A DNA stretch of 64,000 nucleotides from an uncultured Lentimicrobiaceae bacterium (GTDB lineage Bacteria > Bacteroidota > Bacteroidia > Bacteroidales > SKPS01): NCBI GenBank assembly GCA_964469215.1, contig CAYXYB010000008.1, forward strand, positions 14,092 to 78,091. The letters run 5' to 3'. The translations under genes were made by a program, and so were the position numbers. Positions 1-10,047 of this stretch are shown here, piece after piece. How positions within the stretch are numbered: position 1 is the stretch's first letter; the number at the start of each line of letters is the position of its first letter. Under the pieces are notes generated by a model. It saw only the letters and a list, made by a program, of their open reading frames with translations, did not search any database and was not told where the DNA came from.

Positions 1-2
1 TA

Positions 3-2546
3 TCTGGAGGTACTCAACCATATAACTATAATTGGTCAGGATCTACCCCGATAGGAAATACCTTCGCAGGAAATAATCTTACCGCCGGAACATACAGCGT
101 TACTGTAACTGATGGTAATGGCTGTTCAACAACTCTTGCTACCACCCTTATTGAACCATATCCCATTGCAATATCCGGTGTGTCAACTGATGTTACTTGT
201 CCGGGCTTTGCTGATGGAACGATAGACCTTACCATAACAGGTGGAGTTGGTCTCTTGAGCTTCATTTGGGCAGGGCCTACAGCTATTGGTAATGTTGAAG
301 ATCCGAGCTATCTCCTCGCCGGAGCCTACTCTGTTACCGTAACAGATGCAAATGGCTGTAGCACTACATTCTCTATCTCGGTTGGAGCCACACCGGACCT
401 CACTGCTCCAACATTCCAATGCCCATCGTATATTACTCAGGGAGCTGACTATGGCCAGTGCAATGCAACACTTCAGATTGTAATACCTGTTGCTTTCGAC
501 AACTGCGATCCTAATCCTGTTGTTACAGGTGTTAGAAATGATGCGCTTCCACTTACCGCTCCTTATCCGGTTGGTATTACCACCATCACATGGACAGCAC
601 TTGATGTGAATGGTCAGTCATCTACCTGTACACAGACTATTACAATATATGATAACCTTCCCCCAACAATTATTTGTCCTCCAACAGTAAACACTCTTTA
701 CACTGCCGGTGCATGTAATGCAGTTGTTAACCTTGGTATACCAACTGTGACTGATAATTGCGGTGTTTCTTCGGTTGTTGGTGTCAGAAGTGATGCATTG
801 CCATTGTCTGCACCTTTCCCGTCAGGACAAACAATAGTTACGTGGACAGCTACTGATGTTAACAATAACCAAAATAGCTGCACACAGGTGGTTAATGTTA
901 CACCTACTGAGCTCCTGATGCTTTACAACTTTAATTATGCCACCCAGTATCCGATATTGCCGGATTATATAGCTCCCTATATGACAGGTTATTGCACCTC
1001 ATTTGAACCCTTCCTGCTTACCAGCACTGGTACGATTACTGGTCCTCTTGCATTTATAAGTGATATTAACTTCATGGGCAACAACGGGCTTGCAATGGCA
1101 CAGTCAAATGGGAACAATGCAAGGTACTTCGAATTCAGGGTATTTGGCGACAGCTTGTACAAGTACCGTGATTACAAACTTTATCTGCAGGGACGCCGCC
1201 AGGTTAACGCTGCTACACAGATCGCTCTGTATTACAGCTTCGACGGTGTAACCTTCTGGCCTGGTGACAGTATGACCATGCCGGCAGCTGATACCTGGTT
1301 CGAGAAGATACTTGACCTTACTGGCCATGATACTATAAACTACACCAAGAACCTCTATTTGAGGCTTTATGTAAAGGGTTCAAATATGGTTTCTGGTAGT
1401 ACCCGTCTCGATATTGACAACTTCCAGCTTACTGCAATAAATGGCCCGATAGCTCGTCATGACTTTGCTAATGTTCAGGCAAACGGATCTGTAGTAATTG
1501 ATGTTCTTGCCAACGACGATTATGGTTGTAACGGTCCGGCTGCTATAATACCAATTATTGGTGTTGACGTTCCAAGCAATGGAACATCTACCATGAATAT
1601 GAACGGGACATTTACCTATGTTCCCGATCCGAACTTCCTGGGTAACGATTATTTTACCTACATGATATGTGATGGAATTGGTAATTGTGACACTGCAATC
1701 GTCAGAGTTACAGTGATTACCCCAGACCTCTATCTCTCACCAAAAGTATTCCTCCAGGGTTCCTATGATACTGCTTCAGGACTTATGAACGACAATCTCA
1801 GATTGTTGGGATTTGTACCATTGTCTCAACCATATTCCTCAGCTCCATACAACACCAAGTTCACCCATGTTGGATCAGGTACTGAAGTTACAACCCCTGC
1901 GGTTCTTGCAGTAGCAGGCCCTGACGCAATTGTCGACTGGGTATTCATTGAACTCCGCGACAAGAACAACAATGCCAATGTGGTGGCAACTCGTGTAGCT
2001 CTTGTTCAAAGGGATGGTAATGTTGTGGATGTTGACGGTGTAAGTCCTGTTAAATTCTCCAACCTGATCGGTACAGAATACTTTGTTGCGGTGCGCCACA
2101 GGAACCACCTGGGTGTTCTATCAGCAAACACTGTATTCCTGAGCCTTACCGGAACTGTGGTAGACTTCACCAACGGAACTGTTCCTGAGTTTAATTTCGG
2201 AATCCAGAATGGTTATAACTATACCACACTAGCTCAGAAGACCCTCAAACCGGGTATACGTGGTTTACATGCAGGAAATGCCCTACCCGACAACAAGGTT
2301 AAGTACCAGGGACCATCAAACGACAGGGGAACTGTCCTTTCTCAGGTGCTTACACACCCGGGTAATACTTTGTTCGAAATGAACTATAACTTCGCTACAG
2401 GTTATTACAGTGGTGATGTCAATATGGATGGTCAGGTTAAATATATGGGTGCTGGTAATGACAGCAGCGTTATTCTCAATGCTGTCCTCAACTATGTTCC
2501 CGGTGCAACCATGATCTTTGACTTCATGATTGAACAAATTCCGTAA
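3..2546 (+). CDS. Cell-surface adhesin-like protein, 5' end cut by the window edge (SprB-type repeats, two HYR-like modules, cadherin/Big-like module, C-terminal dockerin-like Ca-binding motif)
   Basis: The frame of listed ORF 180..2546 stays open back to base 3 (SGGTQPYNYNWSG...TYSVTVTDGNGC, then ...AYSVTVTDANGC, the SprB-repeat signature). Two roughly 80-aa units carry DNCD/TDNCG and ITWTA.D.N..S.C.Q patterns (HYR-like). VLANDDY...TFTYVPDPNFLGNDYFTY is cadherin-like. GDVNMDGQVKYMGAGND lies near the C-terminus. No T9SS CTD is visible. Confidence 0.8.
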   Translation, partial: SGGTQPYNYNWSGSTPIGNTFAGNNLTAGTYSVTVTDGNGCSTTLATTLIEPYPIAISGVSTDVTCPGFADGTIDLTITGGVGLLSFIWAGPTAIGNVEDPSYLLAGAYSVTVTDANGCSTTFSISVGATPDLTAPTFQCPSYITQGADYGQCNATLQIVIPVAFDNCDPNPVVTGVRNDALPLTAPYPVGITTITWTALDVNGQSSTCTQTITIYDNLPPTIICPPTVNTLYTAGACNAVVNLGIPTVTDNCGVSSVVGVRSDALPLSAPFPSGQTIVTWTATDVNNNQNSCTQVVNVTPTELLMLYNFNYATQYPILPDYIAPYMTGYCTSFEPFLLTSTGTITGPLAFISDINFMGNNGLAMAQSNGNNARYFEFRVFGDSLYKYRDYKLYLQGRRQVNAATQIALYYSFDGVTFWPGDSMTMPAADTWFEKILDLTGHDTINYTKNLYLRLYVKGSNMVSGSTRLDIDNFQLTAINGPIARHDFANVQANGSVVIDVLANDDYGCNGPAAIIPIIGVDVPSNGTSTMNMNGTFTYVPDPNFLGNDYFTYMICDGIGNCDTAIVRVTVITPDLYLSPKVFLQGSYDTASGLMNDNLRLLGFVPLSQPYSSAPYNTKFTHVGSGTEVTTPAVLAVAGPDAIVDWVFIELRDKNNNANVVATRVALVQRDGNVVDVDGVSPVKFSNLIGTEYFVAVRHRNHLGVLSANTVFLSLTGTVVDFTNGTVPEFNFGIQNGYNYTTLAQKTLKPGIRGLHAGNALPDNKVKYQGPSNDRGTVLSQVLTHPGNTLFEMNYNFATGYYSGDVNMDGQVKYMGAGNDSSVILNAVLNYVPGATMIFDFMIEQIP

Positions 2547-2554
2547 TTATTTGT

Positions 2555-2604
2555 CTGGTCACTGCCCTGAAATAAAAATCAGGGCAGTGGTAACCAGATT
2601 TTTG
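2555..2604 (+). terminator. Rho-independent terminator after the adhesin gene
   Basis: Perfect 11-bp stem CACTGCCCTGA (2560-2570) / TCAGGGCAGTG (2579-2589), 8-nt loop, outer CTGGT/ACCAG pairing, then ATTTTT. Confidence 0.8.
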
Positions 2605-2721
2605 AAACAAAAAAGAATCAAATTCGTTTAACCTCCTGGATCAATATATAAAACCTTGAAAATTAACAATTCAACCATCAGAAGTCAAATTAATAAGAAA
2701 AACCAAATAAACTTTATAGTT

Positions 2722-4146
2722 ATGAAAAAAGTACTAGTTCTGTTAAGTCTGCTTTTATTTGTTGTGGTTGGTTTCGCTCAGTTACCCGACATGAGAACCA
2801 ATCTGCGGTATAATACCGCTGCCTGCAGGTATGAAGTATATGTCAGGCCGGCAACATCTGCACCATCCTTCTTTCTGGGCCCATCCCAGATAACGATTGC
2901 AGTGCCGCATAATACCATTACAAATTATGTAGGTCAACGAAGCAATGCATTTGTAATTAACACAATTACTCCCTTAGGAAGTTCATGGTCTATTAACAAT
3001 GCTGCTGACAAAAGTTCATTCCCTGCTTATGCCAATGGACACGATTATTATGTAGTTGACCATGGTGGAGGCCCTTTGGGTGCTGTTACGGCTAATGTTG
3101 AAGTCCTTCTGTTTTCATTTACCCTGGGACATAATTGTATCGATGGACTGAGGTTATGGGAAGGACTAGGTGTGGCTAATGGCGGTTTAGGTGCTATACC
3201 AAACGCTTACAATGACCCGAAATATCCAACTCAACCCTATGGCGGTGGCGGTGATTACGAGACCAATATAAATGAAGGTATGATGGATCAGGAAAAATGG
3301 GTAGGCAATTACAACAACACAACAACAGTATTGCCGAAACCAACAGCCGATATTACTTATGCGTGCCAGCCCGGAAATACTCTCGCTACTATCACGGCAA
3401 ATGTAATAGGTGGTTCTGCATGCAGTTCCATTCAATATACATGGTCAGGACCCGGAATATGGTTGTTGAACCCCGGAACGAATTATCAAGGTGTAGGTCA
3501 GACTCCTTTTGGAACCTACCAGGTTGATCTGTTAGATAATAATGGTTGCCCGGCAAGTGCTACTCTTATTCTCAACGCACAATGCTCTGCAGTTCCCCTT
3601 CCGGTTGAGTTGCTCAGCTTCACAGTAACAAAAACAGGTGATGATGCCTTGCTCGAATGGGCAACTGCTACAGAGATCAACAACAACTACTTCGACATTC
3701 AGCATTCAACTGATGGAGAAGAGTTTGTTAATGTCGGAAGAGAGTACTCTCTAAACGGAAACAGCACCAACCTGCAAAACTATAAGTTTACCCACATGAA
3801 GCCGGGTAAAGGTATAAACTATTATAGGCTGAAGCAGGTTGATTATGATGGTTCATTCGAATACTCTGATATCCGTTCGGTTGTCTTCGGAGGACTTGGT
3901 AATCTTACAATCTATCCCAATCCTACAACCAAGGTTCTGAATGTTCAGGTACCACAGGATATGGATCTGGCATCAGTAATTGAAATTGTAAGCCCTGCCG
4001 GTCAGATAGTAAGGTCATTTACAAATGCAGATCTTGCAAAATCTGTTCTGTCATTCGATGTCTCTGATCTTGCAGTAGGATTCTACTTTATTCAGATCAG
4101 AACCAGTGTAGATCTGTATCGCGAGCAGTTTGTGATAACAAAATAA
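2722..4146 (+). CDS. Secreted T9SS cargo protein (type-A C-terminal sorting domain)
   Basis: ATG at 2722 gives signal peptide MKKVLVLLSLLLFVVVGFAQ. C-terminus LTIYPNPTTKVLNVQ...GFYFIQIRT fits a T9SS CTD. An LPVELLSF...YYRLKQVDYDG module lies before it. Confidence 0.8.
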   Translation: MKKVLVLLSLLLFVVVGFAQLPDMRTNLRYNTAACRYEVYVRPATSAPSFFLGPSQITIAVPHNTITNYVGQRSNAFVINTITPLGSSWSINNAADKSSFPAYANGHDYYVVDHGGGPLGAVTANVEVLLFSFTLGHNCIDGLRLWEGLGVANGGLGAIPNAYNDPKYPTQPYGGGGDYETNINEGMMDQEKWVGNYNNTTTVLPKPTADITYACQPGNTLATITANVIGGSACSSIQYTWSGPGIWLLNPGTNYQGVGQTPFGTYQVDLLDNNGCPASATLILNAQCSAVPLPVELLSFTVTKTGDDALLEWATATEINNNYFDIQHSTDGEEFVNVGREYSLNGNSTNLQNYKFTHMKPGKGINYYRLKQVDYDGSFEYSDIRSVVFGGLGNLTIYPNPTTKVLNVQVPQDMDLASVIEIVSPAGQIVRSFTNADLAKSVLSFDVSDLAVGFYFIQIRTSVDLYREQFVITK

Positions 4147-4194
4147 GTCACTTAAGTCTTGCAGCTTGTTATAATAGCTGCAATCACTAAGGCA

Positions 4195-4236
4195 GAGTCC
4201 CATACCTTTGAAACGGTTATGGGATTCTGCTTTTTT
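4195..4236 (+). terminator. Hairpin plus T-run between convergent genes
   Basis: GAGTCCCATACC (4195-4206) pairs with GGTTATGGGATTC (4215-4227), with one G-U pair and one bulge. It is followed by TGCTTTTTT. Confidence 0.6.
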
Positions 4237-4250
4237 CTTGTTTATTATAT

Positions 4251-4883
4251 TCACTTCAACCCGGGTAAGTAATGCCTGAGAATATCTCTGATTAAAGGAT
4301 AGGTATTCTGCATTACTTCTGATGCTAAGAATCTTTTATCTCCCCACATTACATTGGTGATATCCTCGCATATCTGTGGCACAGGGTTGCCGGCACCTGG
4401 TGTTTTCATCAGAAACCAGGAGGTATGTTTTATATGCCACTTATCGCCTAAAAGATAAATATGATTGGTGATAAATGGTTCTGAAATTATTGAGAGCATT
4501 CCTATTCCCGTTTCTTCGGTTGTTTCTCTGATGGCACATCCTTCCGGTGATTCATGTTTGTCCTGTTTTCCCTTGGGAAGATCCCATCTTCCCCTTCTTT
4601 TAATAACAAGGATTCTTCCTTCCGGTCCCATAACAACTCCACCTGCTGCATACACAGGATAATAATCTGACAGAAAATTGCGTTTACAGCTTTCGTAATT
4701 GGAGCCGGCAACAATAATCACACTGTTGCTTTCCGGATCCATAAAATTGTTTAGCTGAAAATTAAACCTGTTTGAATCTGATTGTGTAATAATAATATTA
4801 CCTGAACCTGTTGGGATATTATCAGAATCTGGAGAGAAGATTATTGTCTGACGGTTGTAAAAAACTTTATACATTTGCGCCAT
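4251..4883 (-). CDS. NUDIX hydrolase with an uncharacterised roughly 90-aa N-terminal domain
   Basis: Nudix box GKQDKHESPEGCAIRETTEETG. Start is uncertain: ATG at 4883 or 4874, and the ORF is open to 4952. Confidence 0.75.
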   Translation of the reverse strand: MAQMYKVFYNRQTIIFSPDSDNIPTGSGNIIITQSDSNRFNFQLNNFMDPESNSVIIVAGSNYESCKRNFLSDYYPVYAAGGVVMGPEGRILVIKRRGRWDLPKGKQDKHESPEGCAIRETTEETGIGMLSIISEPFITNHIYLLGDKWHIKHTSWFLMKTPGAGNPVPQICEDITNVMWGDKRFLASEVMQNTYPLIRDILRHYLPGLK

Positions 4884-5523
4884 GAATGATTTTGATGAAA
4901 GAGCTTTTAAAACTGCAGAGTATTTATTGCAAATTAAAGCAATAAAACTCAATCCTGCTGAACCATTTACATGGGCATCCGGCTGGAAGTCGCCTATTTA
5001 TTGCGATAACAGAAAAACATTGTCGTATCCTCAGATAAGGACATTCCTGAGGAAGCAGATGGTGACCATTATTGAAGATGAATTCGGTGATGTGGATCTG
5101 ATTGCCGGGGTTGCTACCGGCGGGATAGCTTTGGGGGTTCTGGTGGCACAGGATCTGGGTCTACCTTTTGCTTATGTGAGGGCAACAGAGAAAAAGCATG
5201 GCCTGGGCAACCAGATAGAAGGAGTGGTAGAATCGGGGCAATCTGTTGTTGTTATAGAGGATCTTATCAGTACTGGCAAAAGCAGTCTTTCTGCCGTTGC
5301 TGCACTTCGTGAGGTTGGATGTCAGGTGAAAGGGATGATAGCAATATTTACTTATGAGTTTCCCCAGGCAATAAAGGCATTTCAGTCTGCAAAATGCAAT
5401 CTGTTTACAATAAGCAGCTATTCCCACCTGATAAAACAGGCCATAGATTCTGAATATGTGTTTGCAGAACATGCTGAGATTCTCTCAAAATGGAGAGAAG
5501 ACCCTGCCAATTGGGGAAAATAA
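4882..5523 (+). CDS. pyrE: Orotate phosphoribosyltransferase
   Basis: PFTWASGWKSPIYCDNR and the PRPP-binding loop VVVIEDLISTGKS; 213 aa. Confidence 0.9.
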   Translation: MNDFDERAFKTAEYLLQIKAIKLNPAEPFTWASGWKSPIYCDNRKTLSYPQIRTFLRKQMVTIIEDEFGDVDLIAGVATGGIALGVLVAQDLGLPFAYVRATEKKHGLGNQIEGVVESGQSVVVIEDLISTGKSSLSAVAALREVGCQVKGMIAIFTYEFPQAIKAFQSAKCNLFTISSYSHLIKQAIDSEYVFAEHAEILSKWREDPANWGK

Positions 5524-5531
5524 CTTATGTG

Positions 5532-5924
5532 ATGAAGCATTTCATCAGCACCCCTCTGATTTCATGCCTCTCATGTGAGACCCTCTATGATCGTATCAGC
5601 AGCTTTGATAACCTCAGGGAACTTATGCCTGAACAGATTATCAACTGGCAATCCGGAGATGATGCCTGCACATTTGAGATCAAGGGGATGACCAGGCTTT
5701 CGTTGAAATACGCTGAACGTGTCCCATTAAGAAAAGTAAGGATTGAAGCTGTCAATCCACCCTTTCCTATTGAGCTATCAGTTGAGCTTACAGAAGGGGT
5801 TGATCAGGGGATAATTTGTTGTACTTTGCTGAAAGCCGACCTTAACCCAATGCTTGCAATGCTTGCTTCAAGGCCTCTGCAACATCTTGTCGATACAATT
5901 AACCGGAAACTGGTTTCAGAATAA
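5532..5924 (+). CDS. Small SRPBCC-like / hypothetical protein
   Basis: ORF with ATG at 5532 (MKHFISTP...), about 130 aa. The fold assignment is a weak impression only. Confidence 0.5.
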   Translation: MKHFISTPLISCLSCETLYDRISSFDNLRELMPEQIINWQSGDDACTFEIKGMTRLSLKYAERVPLRKVRIEAVNPPFPIELSVELTEGVDQGIICCTLLKADLNPMLAMLASRPLQHLVDTINRKLVSE

Positions 5925-5932
5925 GCATTATT

Positions 5933-6697
5933 TTATGTAATATAGCTAATCTCCTTGAACCCAAAATACCTTTCGCGGCTATTTACCTGTATTCTTAAAA
6001 GCCCGCTGCGGTCAGTACCCAGAATGATCCCGTTAAAAGTCTCTCCGGATGCTTTGAAAAGCATTTTCTCACCCAACCCGTACAAAACCCTGTCGTAAGC
6101 TTCACTTAACGAATTCAGGCCGTTTTTAGCCATTTCCTTGTTTAATCTCCTTATGTGATTAACCAGCTTGGATAATATTTCTCTCTTTTCAACAGGGGTT
6201 GAAAACAGGATTCTGAGAGAGGTAGCTTTGCCAATGCTTTCAGGAAAAGAAAACTCATTAACATTAAGCCCGATACCAACTACTGATGCAATAATGCTGT
6301 TGCCCATTATCCTGTGTTCAATCAGCATGCCTGAAATCTTCTGCCCATCAATAAGAATATCGTTTGGCCATTTTATGGTGATCTTATAGTGGGAAGGTAT
6401 GATTTTTTGCAAAAAAGTGAGGAGTGCAAGTGATATAAACCTCAGAATATCAAACTGAAATATTGGTTTTAGAGATGGTGGCTGTGCCAGCAGGCTCATC
6501 AGGATGTTGCTGCCCGGACTGCTGTGCCAGGTATTTTGTCCCTGACCTCTTCCGGCAATCTGAAAATCGGTTGTGTAATACAACCCTGTTACCAAGCTTT
6601 TATCCTCTGCAGAATCGAACAGCTTCCATATTTCATCATTGGTAGAATTACACTCTTTAGAGTGAAGATGCTCTTCTAAAATTGACCCAAGTACCAT
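5933..6697 (-). CDS. birA: Biotin-[acetyl-CoA-carboxylase] ligase
   Basis: GRGQGQNTWHSSPGSN (biotin-binding GRGRxGRxW-type loop) and KWPNDILIDGQKISGML; 254 aa. Confidence 0.85.
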   Translation of the reverse strand: MVLGSILEEHLHSKECNSTNDEIWKLFDSAEDKSLVTGLYYTTDFQIAGRGQGQNTWHSSPGSNILMSLLAQPPSLKPIFQFDILRFISLALLTFLQKIIPSHYKITIKWPNDILIDGQKISGMLIEHRIMGNSIIASVVGIGLNVNEFSFPESIGKATSLRILFSTPVEKREILSKLVNHIRRLNKEMAKNGLNSLSEAYDRVLYGLGEKMLFKASGETFNGIILGTDRSGLLRIQVNSRERYFGFKEISYIT

Positions 6698-6881
6698 TTG
6701 TAAAAATTACCTTATTGTTTCACAAATTTATTGATTTTGTTAATAAAAAGACGATAGACGGTAAGATTTTCAAAAAAATATTTCGGAGTATTTCACCTCG
6801 GATTGCTATTGATGCAAATACGCACCTGTTGATTACAGAACTAAAAACACACGATTTTTAAAGGTACATCTTCTTGAGACT

Positions 6882-6898
6882 TAATTTTGTTAATTTTG
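6882..6898 (+). promoter_or_regulatory. Two tandem TAATTTTG boxes (Bacteroidota -7 element TAnnTTTG) upstream of rsfS-ftsH
   Basis: TAATTTTG at 6882-6889 and 6891-6898, 43-52 bp upstream of ATG 6941. Motif match only. Confidence 0.35.
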
Positions 6899-6940
6899 CA
6901 GTAGATATAAAAGTAACAGGTAATAACCCAAAGCAGAAAT

Positions 6941-7306
6941 ATGGACGGAAGAGAATTGACCTCTTATGAACTGGCGGAAATTATAGTGGAGGGGATGCAG
7001 GAAAAGAAGGCAATTGAAGTTGTGCAACTTGATATGAGTAAGATACCGAACCGAGTGGTCGATTTTTTTGTTATATGTCATGGAAGCTCTTCTACACAGG
7101 TTGAAGCAATATCTGAATCTGTTGAAAGGTTAATGAAGGAGAAGGCAGGTGTTAAACCCCGAAGTGTAGAAGGCAAACAGGTGGGAGAGTGGGTTCTGCT
7201 TGATTATTTTGATGTCGTCGCTCACATTTTTCTTGCACCTGTACGGGGTTTTTATAAACTTGAAGCATTGTGGGCAGATGCAGACATGATTACATTTGAA
7301 AGGTAA
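6941..7306 (+). CDS. rsfS: Ribosome silencing factor RsfS (iojap family)
   Basis: DFFVICHGSSSTQVEAI...WVLLDYFDVVAHIF...YKLEALWADA; 121 aa, directly upstream of ftsH. Confidence 0.9.
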   Translation: MDGRELTSYELAEIIVEGMQEKKAIEVVQLDMSKIPNRVVDFFVICHGSSSTQVEAISESVERLMKEKAGVKPRSVEGKQVGEWVLLDYFDVVAHIFLAPVRGFYKLEALWADADMITFER

Positions 7307-7318
7307 CAGATAGCAAAA

Positions 7319-9439
7319 ATGGCAGAAAGAGAAGAGCAAAAAAGGGAGGGGCGTGAAAGGAAGCCATCCGGCCTTCCGGGTGGTGGAGCACCTGGGAAAA
7401 AGAACAACAGGATATATTGGATATACGGTCTGATGGTGTTGGCTCTGCTTGCTGTGACATCGGTGCGGTGGGGTGGTGGACTGAAAGAGATTACATGGCT
7501 TGAATTTGAGCGTGAGATGCTTCTCAAGCATCATATCGAAAAGGTTGTTCTGGTTAACAATAAGTCGGTTGAGGTTTTTATCAGAAAGGAGCATCTTGAT
7601 GACTCAGTTCATTCTGTAAAGAATGGTGTAAATGTACAGGGATTTAATGATGCGCCCAATCCCGGGCCCCATTATAAATTACCGATAGTTTCACCTGAAC
7701 AGTTCGACAGAAGGTTTGAGGAGCTTCAGGCAAAACTAATAACTCAGGATACAATAGGCCTTTGGGATTCTCTTGTTGCCGGGGATTCGACAGCTTCCAG
7801 TGCACATTATCTGAAAGAGGTGGAGCGTATCAGGGCTGAGGTGAACGTTCCTGTAATGGTAGAAGAGCGCAGGGAATGGGGTAAGGAGTTGAGTTGGCTT
7901 ATCCCTCTGATACTGATAGTAGCAGTATGGATAATTCTGATGCGGATGATGGGTAGGGGTGGGCCTGGAGGAGGGCAGATATTCAACATTGGCAAATCTA
8001 AAGCTCAGCTTTTCGACCGTGACACAATGGTTAAGGTAAATTTCAATGATGTCGCAGGGCTTGAAGAGGCTAAGGTTGAAATTATGGAGATAGTTGATTT
8101 CCTTAAGAATCCACGAAAATACACGAATCTTGGAGGCAAAATTCCAAAGGGAGCATTGTTGGTTGGGCCTCCTGGAACAGGGAAAACTCTTTTGGCGAAA
8201 GCTGTGGCAGGTGAAGCACAGGTGCCTTTCTTTTCTATCTCGGGTTCCGATTTTGTAGAAATGTTTGTCGGGGTCGGAGCTTCACGTGTGCGCGACCTTT
8301 TCCGTCAGGCTAAAGAAAAATCACCCTGCATTATCTTTATTGATGAGATTGACGCTATTGGGCGCGCACGTGGTAAAAACGCAATTACCGGCGCCAACGA
8401 CGAAAGAGAGAACACCCTCAATCAGCTGTTGACAGAGATGGATGGTTTTTCTACTAATTCAGGGGTTATCATACTTGCAGCCACAAACAGGGCCGATATT
8501 CTCGACAGGGCATTACTCAGGGCAGGCAGGTTCGATAGACAGATACATGTTGAACTTCCTGATCTGAACGAACGGAATGCGATTTTTCTGGTGCACATGA
8601 AGCCGCTTAAGGTGCATTCAGAAGTGTCTGTTGATTTCCTGGCTAAACAAACACCTGGATTTTCAGGCGCCGACATCGCTAATGTCTGTAATGAATCGGC
8701 ATTGATTGCCGCCCGCCGCGGAAAAGACAAGATCGAAAAGCAGGATTTCCTTGATGCCATAGACAGAATAATTGGAGGGCTCGAGAAACGAAACAAGATA
8801 ATCTCGGTTGCAGAAAAACGGGTTATTGCTTTCCACGAAGCAGGCCATGCTGCCGTAAGCTGGCTCGTAGAATATGCTCATCCACTTGTTAAGGTTACTA
8901 TAATCCCCAGGGGGAAAGCCCTCGGTGCAGCATGGTACCTGCCCGAAGAGCGACAGATAACAACTTCGGAACAGATGTATGATGAAATTACTGCTGCCCT
9001 TGGAGGCCGTGCTGCCGAAGAGGTTATCTTCGGAAAAGTTTCAACAGGTGCCCTTAATGACCTTGAAAAAGTTACAAAACAGGCCTATGCAATGGTTGCC
9101 TATTTCGGATTGAACAAGGAAATAGGAAACCTGTCGTATTACGACAGTACAGGCCAGCAGGAATACAGCTTCTCGAAACCATACAGCGAAAAAACCGCTG
9201 AAGTAATCGACAGGGAAGTAAAAGACCTTGTTGAATCTGCATACGGAAGGGCAAGAGAAATTTTGACCCTGAACAAGGAAAAGCTTGAAAGTCTGGCAGA
9301 AGTGCTGCTTGATAAAGAGGTTATTTTCAGCGAAGACCTGGAACGGATATTTGGTAAAAGCCAATACCAGAAAGAACATGAAACAGACAACAGCAAAGGA
9401 GAAGATGCTGAAGAGCATCAGAACCGCACTGATGGATAA
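7319..9439 (+). CDS. ftsH: ATP-dependent zinc metalloprotease FtsH
   Basis: Walker A GPPGTGKT, Walker [10 protein letters not shown], second region of homology, zinc motif HEAGHA, and an N-terminal TM plus periplasmic domain; 706 aa. Confidence 0.97.
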   Translation: MAEREEQKREGRERKPSGLPGGGAPGKKNNRIYWIYGLMVLALLAVTSVRWGGGLKEITWLEFEREMLLKHHIEKVVLVNNKSVEVFIRKEHLDDSVHSVKNGVNVQGFNDAPNPGPHYKLPIVSPEQFDRRFEELQAKLITQDTIGLWDSLVAGDSTASSAHYLKEVERIRAEVNVPVMVEERREWGKELSWLIPLILIVAVWIILMRMMGRGGPGGGQIFNIGKSKAQLFDRDTMVKVNFNDVAGLEEAKVEIMEIVDFLKNPRKYTNLGGKIPKGALLVGPPGTGKTLLAKAVAGEAQVPFFSISGSDFVEMFVGVGASRVRDLFRQAKEKSPCIIFIDEIDAIGRARGKNAITGANDERENTLNQLLTEMDGFSTNSGVIILAATNRADILDRALLRAGRFDRQIHVELPDLNERNAIFLVHMKPLKVHSEVSVDFLAKQTPGFSGADIANVCNESALIAARRGKDKIEKQDFLDAIDRIIGGLEKRNKIISVAEKRVIAFHEAGHAAVSWLVEYAHPLVKVTIIPRGKALGAAWYLPEERQITTSEQMYDEITAALGGRAAEEVIFGKVSTGALNDLEKVTKQAYAMVAYFGLNKEIGNLSYYDSTGQQEYSFSKPYSEKTAEVIDREVKDLVESAYGRAREILTLNKEKLESLAEVLLDKEVIFSEDLERIFGKSQYQKEHETDNSKGEDAEEHQNRTDG

Positions 9440-10037
9440 GGGTGAAAACCCGTATTTCTATGTTAACCCTGATGAGGACATCTATGCTCCTGTCGACAGT
9501 GTCAGCGAAGTGGCATTTGCTGAAGCTCTGACCGCTGTTGGGGGTAGTTTTATTTACTGTGAAGATGAAAGGGATATGCTTATCAAGCTGCTTGGACTAA
9601 TGCAACAACGGCAATGGAATCAGATCTACACACCAAATGCCTCACTCTCAGAGCTTCTCGGGCTTGCTTCAATAAAGGTTGCGAGTCAGCCCGGAGAGAT
9701 TCAGGCAATGCAGATTGGCATTACTGTATGTGAAGCGCTGATTGCTCGTCTGGGAAGTGTTCTGGTATCATCTGCCGTGTGCGACGGAAGACGTATGTTT
9801 ATTTATCCCGAAGTACACATGGTATTGGCTTATGCCTCACAGGTCGTTCCCGATATTAAAGATGCATTTCAACTGATAACTGCCAGGTATGGAGAGAAAA
9901 TACCCTCAATGCTTACCTTCGTAACAGGACCCAGCAGAACAGCCGATATTGAAAAAACCCTGGTTATGGGTGCCCATGGCCCAAAAGAATTGATCGTGTT
10001 TATGATCGACGATAATAATTTCCCGGAACCCTCCTAA
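9378..10037 (+). CDS. LUD-domain protein (LutC/YkgG-like)
   Basis: [18 protein letters not shown]..., about 219 aa. Candidate starts are 9378, 9405 and 9432, all overlapping the ftsH 3' end. The family call is from general resemblance. Confidence 0.6.
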   Translation: MKQTTAKEKMLKSIRTALMDKGENPYFYVNPDEDIYAPVDSVSEVAFAEALTAVGGSFIYCEDERDMLIKLLGLMQQRQWNQIYTPNASLSELLGLASIKVASQPGEIQAMQIGITVCEALIARLGSVLVSSAVCDGRRMFIYPEVHMVLAYASQVVPDIKDAFQLITARYGEKIPSMLTFVTGPSRTADIEKTLVMGAHGPKELIVFMIDDNNFPEPS

Positions 10038-10047
10038 TAAATAACCT

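Noticed and set aside
7130-7594. 154-aa and 91-aa antisense ORFs across the rsfS-ftsH junction
   Set aside because: They are opposite two strongly supported genes and have low-complexity Ser/Pro/Leu-rich translations.
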